This document shows, in pieces, positions 56,782-64,000 of a stretch of DNA of 64,000 bases; positions within the stretch are counted from its first letter, which is position 1, and each line of letters starts with the position of its first letter. A model generated the notes under the pieces. It saw nothing but the letters and a program-made list of their open reading frames with translations, had not been told where the DNA came from and made no database searches. Source of the DNA: an uncultured Burkholderiales bacterium (GTDB lineage Bacteria > Pseudomonadota > Gammaproteobacteria > Burkholderiales > Burkholderiaceae_C); the NCBI GenBank assembly GCA_903880855.1, contig CAIRQX010000103.1, positions 61,161 to 125,160 of the forward strand. The letters are read 5' to 3'. The position numbers and the translations under genes were made by a program.

Positions 56782-57245
56782 GCGATGCATTTTCTTTAAG
56801 CTTTAATGCATTGGGGCAACTTGCAGTACGTTTAGCGGACGGCACGTTACATGAAGGTGCAGTTGCTGTGCGAGCTTTCCCTATTGCTGACCCAGATCAC
56901 AGTATTTCTATTTTGAGTGCAGAAGGTAAAGAGTTGGTATGGATAGATGACCTTGCAACTGTTAGCGACGTTGATAGACAAGTCATTGAACGCGCCTTAC
57001 AAATGCGCGAATTCATGCCGGAGATTTTGCGACTAGATGGCGTGAATAGTTTTTCTACGCCAAGCACCTGGCGCGTTCAAACTAATCGCGGGCCGACTGA
57101 GTTTGTTCTCAAGGGCGAAGAAGACATCAAACGACTTAGCACCAATACCTTGATCGTGGCGGATGCGCATGGCGTACAGTTTTTGATCCGCGATTTGCCT
57201 TCGCTTGATAGGCACACAAGAAAGTTATTAGATCGATTTTTGTAA
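56778..57245 (+). CDS. DUF1854 family protein (cyanophycin-locus associated)
   Basis: 155 aa. ATGA overlap with the ABC gene. The family assignment comes from my memory of the DUF1854/ABC pairing next to cphA genes and has not been searched. Confidence 0.55.
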   Translation: MSDAFSLSFNALGQLAVRLADGTLHEGAVAVRAFPIADPDHSISILSAEGKELVWIDDLATVSDVDRQVIERALQMREFMPEILRLDGVNSFSTPSTWRVQTNRGPTEFVLKGEEDIKRLSTNTLIVADAHGVQFLIRDLPSLDRHTRKLLDRFL

Positions 57246-57252
57246 TCTTGCG

Positions 57253-58617
57253 CTAAGTCGGCCAAGTGCTTCCGTGCTCTGGCACCAAGGCCCGCCAACC
57301 TAATTTGTGTTCGATCTTCTGACGTAGTGCATCCGAAGCCTCTGGCTCACCATGCACCACATACACCTGTGAAGGCAGCTCTTTCATGCTTTGCAACCAA
57401 TCGATCAATTGCGATGCGTCCGCATGCGCAGAGGACGATTGCAGTTGCACCACTTCGGCCTCGATTTGAATATCTTTGCTGTGGATGCGTACTACGCCTG
57501 AACCGCTTGCTAAGGTGGCACCACGCGTTCCAGGTGCTTGGTAGCCGGTCAATACCACCATATTGCGGTGGTCTGGCAGGTAATGTGCCAAATGGTGCAA
57601 TACCCGTCCGCCAGTGGCCATGCCGCTCGCTGCCAATATCACCATAGGGCCATGCCGGCTTGCGAGTTTTTTAGATTGGTCGGTGTTCTCTACCATCGTG
57701 GCAACATTTCCTAAATCGCGAATGCCTTGCGCATCCAAGCGATGCGCGTGGGGATGTTTTTTATACAACTCGGTGGTGTGCACAGCCATGGGACTGTCTA
57801 GAAAAACGGGTAGCCCATGCGGTATATCTCCGCGCTCTTTCAAGATTGAAATGGCGTAAAGAATAGCCTGTGCACGCCCGACTGCAAAGACAGGAATCAC
57901 TGCAACGCCGCCTCGTGCAGATACTTTTTTCAATGCGAGGCCTAGTTCTGCAATCACGTTTTCTTCAGGGTGTTCACGATTGCCGTAAGTGGATTCAATC
58001 AACACAGTATCGGCTTGTGGTGGTTTATCAGGGGGCAACATCAGCAAATCGTCAGGGCGGCCTAAATCGCCGCTAAACAAGATTCGCTTGCCTGCCACTT
58101 CCACCAAAACGCTAGATGCTCCCAGGATGTGTCCGGCAGATGAGAAGGTGACTTTCCAACCTGGAATAGGGCTAAAAGTATTCCCAAGGGCTTGGGGTTG
58201 CAACAAGTTAAGCGATTGGATTGCTTGGTGTTTGTCATAGAGGGGAAGTGCAGGTGCATGCTTGGTGTAACCATGGCGATTCACAAAGCCTGCGTCCTCT
58301 TCTTGAATATGCCCACTGTCTGGCAAAAGAATGGCGCACAAATCACACGTCGCTGGCGTAGCGTAGACCTTGCCGCGATACCCTTGCGCATAAAAAAGTG
58401 GTAAGTAGCCACTGTGGTCTAAATGTGCGTGGGTTAAGACAACGGCATTGATCTCTTTAGGCTCGAACGTGGGTGGATTCCAGTTACGCAGTCGCAGCTG
58501 TTTATAGCCCTGGAATAAGCCGCAATCGACCAATAATCTTTGGCCTTCGTGTTGCACCAAATATTTGGAGCCTGTGACGGTGCCAGTACCACCAAGAAAA
58601 GTAATTGTGACGCTCAT
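57253..58617 (-). CDS. MBL-fold metallo-hydrolase of the beta-CASP (RNA-metabolising) type
   Basis: 454 aa. THAHLDHSGYLP (HxHxDH) motif and a beta-CASP-like C-terminal half ending in ...VHGEPEA. Confidence 0.8.
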   Translation of the reverse strand: MSVTITFLGGTGTVTGSKYLVQHEGQRLLVDCGLFQGYKQLRLRNWNPPTFEPKEINAVVLTHAHLDHSGYLPLFYAQGYRGKVYATPATCDLCAILLPDSGHIQEEDAGFVNRHGYTKHAPALPLYDKHQAIQSLNLLQPQALGNTFSPIPGWKVTFSSAGHILGASSVLVEVAGKRILFSGDLGRPDDLLMLPPDKPPQADTVLIESTYGNREHPEENVIAELGLALKKVSARGGVAVIPVFAVGRAQAILYAISILKERGDIPHGLPVFLDSPMAVHTTELYKKHPHAHRLDAQGIRDLGNVATMVENTDQSKKLASRHGPMVILAASGMATGGRVLHHLAHYLPDHRNMVVLTGYQAPGTRGATLASGSGVVRIHSKDIQIEAEVVQLQSSSAHADASQLIDWLQSMKELPSQVYVVHGEPEASDALRQKIEHKLGWRALVPEHGSTWPT

Positions 58618-58757
58618 AGCAGCGTTGCCCCCGTGTATTGACAGATTACATCTGTGGAAGGAGCAAGCTTAGTTATGTTGTGCGTAGTTGGGTTGACGCA
58701 TGTCAAGGAACTTTTGAATAGACGAAATTCAAAAGTAATATTCCAACAGTCAGCCCA

Positions 58758-59474
58758 CTAAGTTTTCAAAGTGGATTTCTTGCGCAGGCGGATGTTGAGC
58801 ATTTCAACGCAGACAGAGAACGCCATTGCAAAGTAAACATAGCCTTTAGGTATGTGGTGCTCAAAGCCCTCGGCTATAAGAACAACCCCCACAACGACCA
58901 AAAAACTCAGTGCAAGCATTTTGATGGTTGGGTGGTTGGACACAAATTCACCAATTCCCCGCGCAAATACCATCATGAGGCCAACGGATGTCATAACGGC
59001 AGCAATCATGATTTCAACCTGGTCGACCATACCAACAGCCGTGATGATGGAATCTAATGAAAAAACCAAGTCAATCAACATGATTTGAAAAATGACAGAA
59101 AAAAGAGTGTGCCGAGATTGAGAGGCCTGTTGGTCTTCCGCGCCCTCAAGTGTTTGATGAATCTCCGTTGTACTTTTCCAAATAAGGAATAAGCCACCCA
59201 GAAGCAAGATGGCGTCTCTGCCAGAGACTTCGTGCCCAAGAACCGTGAACATAGGTTCTACTAGGCCAACGATCCACGATAAAACCAGAAGCAAGCCAAT
59301 ACGCATAAACATGGCCATGAATAAGCCAATGCGTCTTGCTATTTCACGCTTGTCTAGTGGAAGTTTGTCGACAAGAATAGAAATGAAAATGATGTTGTCT
59401 ATACCAAGCACCAACTCCAGCGCAGTGAGGGTGGCAAAAGCTATCCAAGCTTCGGGGGAGCTGATGAGGTCCAT
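58758..59474 (-). CDS. TerC family integral membrane protein
   Basis: 238 aa. LELVLGIDNIIFISIL and LDSIITAVGM repeat motifs are typical of TerC. Lies 21 nt downstream of htpX. Confidence 0.8.
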   Translation of the reverse strand: MDLISSPEAWIAFATLTALELVLGIDNIIFISILVDKLPLDKREIARRIGLFMAMFMRIGLLLVLSWIVGLVEPMFTVLGHEVSGRDAILLLGGLFLIWKSTTEIHQTLEGAEDQQASQSRHTLFSVIFQIMLIDLVFSLDSIITAVGMVDQVEIMIAAVMTSVGLMMVFARGIGEFVSNHPTIKMLALSFLVVVGVVLIAEGFEHHIPKGYVYFAMAFSVCVEMLNIRLRKKSTLKT

Positions 59475-59495
59475 ACTTTGATTGAATGAATGGCA

Positions 59496-60368
59496 TTATG
59501 TGTTGGCTTGTAACGCAGCAATGCGCTCTTCAAGAGGAGGGTGACTGGCAAATAGCTTGCTTAGGTCGCCAGTAATGCCCATGGCCGACACACTTGCAGG
59601 TAGGACGCCAGCTTGCATTTGGCCCAAGCGGGAGAGTGCATTGATCATCGGTTGTTTTTGTCCCAGCAATTGGGCAGAGCCTTCATCGGCACGGAACTCA
59701 CGCTGACGGCTGAACCATGCAACGATCATGCTAGCCACAAATCCCAAAACAATGTCGAGCACGATGCTCGTGACGTAATAGCCCCAACCCGGACCGCTGG
59801 ATTCATCGTCTTTGCTACGAGTGAGGTTGTCGACAAAGTAGCCAATCACGCGACTCAAGAAAACTACAAAGGTATTGAGAACACCTTGTATCAAAGTCAA
59901 GGTGACCATATCACCGTTTGCGATGTGGGCAATTTCATGTCCTAGGACAGCTTCCACCTCATCGCGGGTCATGCCTTGTAATAAACCGGTTGACACTGCA
60001 ACCAAAGCGGAGTTCTTGAAGGCGCCTGTTGCGAATGCGTTAGGTTCTCCATCGAAAATGGCAACCTCAGGCATTTCGATACCTGCGCGCTGAGATAAGC
60101 GTTGTACGGTTTCTAAGATCCACGCTTCATCTGCATTGCGGGGCTGAGAAATAACCTCCGCACCGGTAGACATTTTGGCCATCCACTTACTCATGAGCAA
60201 AGAAATGAAAGCGCCGCCAAAGCCCATGATGAGAGAAAACCCTAGGAGCGCAGAGAGGTTGAGGCCATTCGCAGTCAAGTAGCGATTAACACCTAGCAGG
60301 CTTGCAACAATGCTAAGAACCAACATCACTGCAAGGTTAGTAAGGATGAAGAGGAATATGCGTTTCAT
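59496..60368 (-). CDS. htpX: Zinc metalloprotease HtpX
   Basis: 290 aa. [10 protein letters not shown] (HExxH) and an M48 membrane protease layout. Confidence 0.9.
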   Translation of the reverse strand: MKRIFLFILTNLAVMLVLSIVASLLGVNRYLTANGLNLSALLGFSLIMGFGGAFISLLMSKWMAKMSTGAEVISQPRNADEAWILETVQRLSQRAGIEMPEVAIFDGEPNAFATGAFKNSALVAVSTGLLQGMTRDEVEAVLGHEIAHIANGDMVTLTLIQGVLNTFVVFLSRVIGYFVDNLTRSKDDESSGPGWGYYVTSIVLDIVLGFVASMIVAWFSRQREFRADEGSAQLLGQKQPMINALSRLGQMQAGVLPASVSAMGITGDLSKLFASHPPLEERIAALQANT

Positions 60369-60559
60369 AGATTGAACCTTTTCGAAATATTCAAAGGGAT
60401 GACACTCTCATCATATGGAGTCGTTGTTGTGAAAATCAATATTCGAAAGGATACCCTCGTCATATTTGAGTATATTTTGAAGTAAACGTAATTAAATAAC
60501 TCTTTACGTAAACGTGATGTGACAAATAACCATAAGTTTCTTGTGACTAATTATTTTCT

Positions 60560-60589
60560 TTGACAGATTAAATCTTGTTAAGGTTTAAT
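60560..60589 (+). promoter_or_regulatory. Candidate sigma70 promoter driving the Mn riboswitch leader
   Basis: Perfect -35 TTGACA (60560-65), an 18-nt spacer, then TTTAAT (60584-89; 5/6 to TATAAT). The predicted start is about 60596, where riboswitch P1 begins. Confidence 0.5.
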
Positions 60590-60595
60590 ACATCC

Positions 60596-60740
60596 ATCGT
60601 TGGGGAGTAGCTTAATTTCTTTGTGTTCAGTTTAGCCATCAGGCGCACAAAGAAATCATCACATCGTCATTACGGAGTCTTGTACTCCCGGTGTGTTGGG
60701 CATATAACTGGTTCATAACAAGCAAAGCAAGACCTTCGAT
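60596..60740 (+). promoter_or_regulatory. yybP-ykoY (Mn2+) riboswitch
   Basis: Conserved blocks GGGGAGUAGC (60602-60611), GUUGGGCAUA and AGCAAGACCUU match the two conserved arms of the yybP-ykoY motif as I recall them. Sits upstream of a TerC-family gene, a classic target. Confidence 0.8.
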
Positions 60741-60795
60741 CTCTCGCGCCATGGGTAAATCCCGTGGAAGTGTTCGGATCGTATTAAGGTCTTCC

Positions 60796-61506
60796 ATGGA
60801 ATTATTTTCATTCCCGTGGTGGTCAGCTTTGCTGACTATCGTTTTAATTGATTTAGTTTTAGCTGGCGATAACGCAATCGTTATCGCACTTGCCGCACGC
60901 AATCTTCCACCTGAGCATCAAAACAAAGCCATTGTTTGGGGAACTGTCGCGGCCATTGTTGTTCGCTCCACTATGACGGTCTGCGTTGTTTGGTTGCTGC
61001 AAATACCTGGACTTATGTTTATCGGTGGTTTGGGTTTGCTGTGGATTGCTTACAAGCTCATCTCAGATACCTCTGAAGATACCAACCATAGTGTGTCAGC
61101 CACAACTTTTTGGAGCGCCATGAAAACTATCGTGGTGGCCGACGCATTGATGGGAATAGATAACGTATTGGGCGTTGCTGGTGCTGCAAATGGTTCATTT
61201 GACTTGGTTGTCATGGGACTGCTTATCAGCATTCCAATCGTTGTGATGGGAAGCAAGCTAGTCCTTCGCTTAGTTGAGAAGTGGCCCGTCATTATTCATT
61301 TGGGGGCTACTGTTTTGGCAATTACTGCTGCGCAAATGCTAATCAATGAACAACTGCTAGACCATTTGTTTGACGGCGAAGAATGGATCCATCAGCTTGC
61401 ACGTGGAGCGACCTATGTTTTCGCAATTACTGGGGTGTTGGGTTTAGGTTGGTTCGCACAGAAACGGCAGGAGAACAACCATAAATCAGAGTCTTACTTG
61501 GCATAA
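60796..61506 (+). CDS. TerC/YjbE family putative metal (Mn) transport membrane protein
   Basis: The start at MELFSFPWWSALLTIVLIDLVLAGDNAIVIALAA is the typical YjbE/TerC N-terminus. The track ORF start at 60691 lies inside the riboswitch. Confidence 0.8.
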   Translation: MELFSFPWWSALLTIVLIDLVLAGDNAIVIALAARNLPPEHQNKAIVWGTVAAIVVRSTMTVCVVWLLQIPGLMFIGGLGLLWIAYKLISDTSEDTNHSVSATTFWSAMKTIVVADALMGIDNVLGVAGAANGSFDLVVMGLLISIPIVVMGSKLVLRLVEKWPVIIHLGATVLAITAAQMLINEQLLDHLFDGEEWIHQLARGATYVFAITGVLGLGWFAQKRQENNHKSESYLA

Positions 61507-61532
61507 CTTACTTCAACTAAAAGGAGAGAAAA

Positions 61533-61985
61533 ATGGAAACTTTTATCGTTTATATCGATGACAAGCAATATGCACTCCAGCAGATCATTCCCATGCTGTC
61601 CCCGCAGGAAACTGGCAAACAAGTGAGCTGGGTACTGGTTGGTTGCGCACCCAAGCTGACGCGCCATAGCGGGCGTTGGTTGTCAAAACCTGCGCAAAAA
61701 AGATGGCGTCAAGATTGGACCCAAGAAGCAACACAAGACATTGCAACTTTACTCAGGCAGCATAACAACCAAGTATTTATCAAGACTGCCCATGGGACTT
61801 TGTCGGAATTTACAAAAAATTTGAGTCGAGAATTTATTTCGGCAAGAGTGATAGATGCACGGCGCCCAAAACTTACGACTAATTTAAATCCAGTGACGGA
61901 AGACCAACCTCAAACTAAATCTGATCTGGTTTTACCTGCTGGGCTGCTTGCAATAGGTGCGGGTATTGCCATGGCCGCTGACTAG
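61533..61985 (+). CDS. Hypothetical protein with a C-terminal hydrophobic anchor
   Basis: 150-aa ORF with an AAAGGAGAG Shine-Dalgarno, 26 nt after the TerC/YjbE gene. C-terminus LVLPAGLLAIGAGIAMAAD. I recognise no family. Confidence 0.55.
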   Translation: METFIVYIDDKQYALQQIIPMLSPQETGKQVSWVLVGCAPKLTRHSGRWLSKPAQKRWRQDWTQEATQDIATLLRQHNNQVFIKTAHGTLSEFTKNLSREFISARVIDARRPKLTTNLNPVTEDQPQTKSDLVLPAGLLAIGAGIAMAAD

Positions 61986-62025
61986 CACTTTAAAAAATTA
62001 TTGGTATTTGATATACGCTATCTAG

Positions 62026-62754
62026 ATGGATAGAAAAACATTCTGGATAGCTTTATCAATTTTAATTTGCATGCTTATGGGGTGCAGTTCATTGAAAACC
62101 GAACTGCCAGTAAGCGCGCAAACAAAAAATCTTATTTGGCAACCACAGGAGCAACTGGCCTGGGATCGAGTAAAACTCCCTGGTAAAAGGGAAACTCAAT
62201 ATTCTCTAGCTAAGCTAAATGGCCAAAATGCATTGAATGCCAATGCGCAGTCTTCCGCCAGTATGCTGAGGAAAAATATTCGCATCGAACCACAATCGCT
62301 AGATCGCTTATCTTTTTCTTGGCAGGTATCTGAACTAATTAAAGCCGCAGATATGGCAAAACGTGATCAAGATGACTCTCCAGTTAGATTAATACTAGCG
62401 TTTGATGGTGATCGTAAGCAGTTTTCGATGAAGAACGCTATGCTGAGTGAGTTATCCCATGTCATCACCGGTGAGCCCATGCCATATGCAACACTTATGT
62501 ATGTGTGGTGCAACCAAAGAGCAGTTAATTCAGTGATTGAAAATCCGCGTACTGATCGCATCCGCAAAATTGTGGTTGAGTCTGGATCAGATCGCTTAAA
62601 CCAATGGTTGATGTATGAACGTAATATCAAGATAGATTTTGAAAATGCATTTGGCGAAACGCCCGGCCCGCTAGTAGGTATTGGCCTTATGACGGACAGT
62701 GACAATACGCAGAGCCATGTGCAAGCTTGGTATGGGACAATTCAATTGAAATAA
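62026..62754 (+). CDS. DUF3047 family lipoprotein
   Basis: 242 aa. Lipobox LMGC in the signal peptide. The SSASMLRKNIRIEP...LSFSWQV...DDSPVRLILAFDGD pattern fits my recollection of DUF3047. No search was run. Confidence 0.55.
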   Translation: MDRKTFWIALSILICMLMGCSSLKTELPVSAQTKNLIWQPQEQLAWDRVKLPGKRETQYSLAKLNGQNALNANAQSSASMLRKNIRIEPQSLDRLSFSWQVSELIKAADMAKRDQDDSPVRLILAFDGDRKQFSMKNAMLSELSHVITGEPMPYATLMYVWCNQRAVNSVIENPRTDRIRKIVVESGSDRLNQWLMYERNIKIDFENAFGETPGPLVGIGLMTDSDNTQSHVQAWYGTIQLK

Positions 62755-62773
62755 TTTATTCCATCAATTCAAA

Positions 62774-63859
62774 ATGCGGCTCTCAAAATTACTCAAATAT
62801 TGGCCTGAATTAATTCCTCTTTTGAGTGCTGGGCTGCTTTTTGTATTGTTTGAGATTTCCATAACTGGATCAATAGCCGTCTTGGCTTTTGCCACCATGA
62901 TGCTTGCAGTCATTGCATCTGTTCACCATGCAGAAGTTATTGCGCATCGGCTAGGCGAGCCGTATGGCACGTTGGTACTGGCATTGGCGGTAACCGTGAT
63001 CGAAACAGCCATGATCTTGTCGATCATGTTTACGGAAGGCGGCAAGAATGCCGCTTTGCCTAGAGATACGATTTACGCAGCCGTGATGATTATCTGTAAC
63101 GGTGTTGTGGGGCTATCTTTGTTAATTGGAGGTTTGCACCATAAAGAGCAACTCTTTCGAATCGAAGGCACTGGTTCTGGATTTGCTGCACTAGTCACGT
63201 TATCAACCCTCGTCTTGGTGCTGCCCCTCTACACCACTAGTTCTTCAGAGGGAACTTATACCAACTCGCAACTTTTATTCGTTGCACTTTCTTCGCTAGC
63301 TTTATGGCTAGTGTTTGTTTTCATTCAAACCATTCGACATAGAGACTATTTTTTACCCTCGACCAACGTGGAGGATGAGTCCGTACATGCTGCACCGCCA
63401 ACTGTTACGCAAGCTTGGATGAGTTTTTTCTTGATGGCGATATCTTTATTGTGCGTGGTCGGTTTCGCTAAGTTGCTTTCGCCCACTATCAAGTCCTTGG
63501 TTACAACTTACAACGCACCAGACGCCACAGTGGGTATTGTGATTGCCCTTATTGTTTTACTGCCTGAAACATGGGCGGCACTCAGGGCTGCAAGTGCAGA
63601 TCGGTTACAAACTAGTATGAATCTGGCAATTGGTTCTGCACTAGCAAGTATTGGTCTAACTATTCCCTTAGTTGTTCTTTTTTCAGTTCTGTTTGATTTT
63701 GATTTAATGTTGGGGATAGAGGCAAAAGATGTGGTTTTGCTAGGACTCACCTTTTTAGTCGGGTCTATTACTTTGGGATCCGGAAGAACTAATGTGATGC
63801 AAGGCGCTATTCATTTGGTTCTATTTGCTGCCTTTTTATTCTTAACGCTGGTTCCGTAG
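62774..63859 (+). CDS. Calcium:proton antiporter (CaCA/ChaA-like ionic transporter)
   Basis: 361 aa with about 10-11 hydrophobic helices. Two alpha-repeat-like segments: TVIETAMI... and LLPETWAAL. Confidence 0.7.
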   Translation: MRLSKLLKYWPELIPLLSAGLLFVLFEISITGSIAVLAFATMMLAVIASVHHAEVIAHRLGEPYGTLVLALAVTVIETAMILSIMFTEGGKNAALPRDTIYAAVMIICNGVVGLSLLIGGLHHKEQLFRIEGTGSGFAALVTLSTLVLVLPLYTTSSSEGTYTNSQLLFVALSSLALWLVFVFIQTIRHRDYFLPSTNVEDESVHAAPPTVTQAWMSFFLMAISLLCVVGFAKLLSPTIKSLVTTYNAPDATVGIVIALIVLLPETWAALRAASADRLQTSMNLAIGSALASIGLTIPLVVLFSVLFDFDLMLGIEAKDVVLLGLTFLVGSITLGSGRTNVMQGAIHLVLFAAFLFLTLVP

Positions 63860-63870
63860 AAAATCTTTAG

Positions 63871-64000
63871 TTAAAAAACCGCTTCAACTTATCAGCCCAC
63901 CCGCCTTCAGCAGGCGAGTGCTTAGCCCCACCTTTCTTGAGAGACTCGTCTAGCTCTTTGAGCAATTTTCGTTGTTGCTCATTCAGTTTGACTGGCGTTT
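63871..64000 (-). CDS. dnaJ: Molecular chaperone DnaJ, 3' end only (truncated by the window edge)
   Basis: The reverse strand translates to TPVKLNEQQRKLLKELDESLKKGGAKHSPAEGGWADKLKRFFN*. This parallels the DnaJ C-terminus (...LNERQKQLLQELQESF...HSP...FFDGVKKFF). Too short to appear in the ORF track. Confidence 0.65.

Noticed and set aside
58638-58652. TTGACAGATTACATC, a 14/15 match to the riboswitch promoter region TTGACAGATTAAATC (60560-60574)
   Set aside because: An all-against-all comparison of 64 kb is expected to yield many 14/15 matches by chance. There is no -10 element and no downstream plus-strand gene at 58638.
1-64000. Phage defence system, prophage, toxin-antitoxin, integron or other mobile element
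   Set aside because: I read every track ORF of 150 aa or more, and all are accounted for by metabolic, transport or housekeeping families. None shows nuclease/ATPase/RT/integrase signatures typical of such systems.

Overview
The window is gene-dense, with about 62 CDS on both strands. It looks like part of a betaproteobacterial, Burkholderiales-like chromosome. That is an inference from four Bug/TctC-family binding proteins, a tandem cphA/cphA' pair, a cytochrome c551-type gene and the general gene content; the organism cannot be named from sequence alone. I found no transposase, integrase, phage, CRISPR or recognisable defence genes.

Layout:
- nt 1-36,800: an accessory-looking catabolic supercluster. 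It holds a TetR-linked flavin reductase/LLM monooxygenase/CocE-NonD hydrolase operon, two complete Liv-type ABC importers in opposite orientation, an IorAB-type and a CoxMSL-type molybdenum hydroxylase, and an ACAD-fold monooxygenase. It also holds an ACMSD-family amidohydrolase, a GST-zeta isomerase, several lactonase/hydrolase genes, VOC + DUF3237, an EamA exporter, two Bug proteins, an orphan dgoK, a LysR regulator and a cytoplasmic Cys-type sulfatase.
- nt 36,900-49,150: a Tat-signal beta-carbonic-anhydrase-like protein divergent from an orphan B12-type radical SAM protein, then tRNA-Leu(UAA) and an acidic hypothetical protein. Core genes follow (class I fumarase, cytochrome c551, ilvD, lgt) and a malonate module (malonyl-CoA decarboxylase, Bug protein, malonyl-CoA synthetase).
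- nt 49,150-57,250: a repeat-rich convergent spacer, then a cyanophycin locus. The locus is cphA plus a degenerate paralog cphA', divergent from an ABC exporter with a zinc-ribbon N-terminal domain and a DUF1854 gene.
- nt 57,250-64,000: a beta-CASP MBL hydrolase, an htpX-terC operon, a yybP-ykoY (Mn2+) riboswitch controlling a second TerC/YjbE gene, DUF3047, a Ca2+/H+ antiporter and the 3' end of dnaJ.

The best candidate for an uncharacterised system is the cyanophycin-associated ABC/DUF1854 module together with the doubly degenerate CphA'. Second is the substrate-unknown catabolic supercluster. All family calls come from motifs read in the translations; no database search was run.
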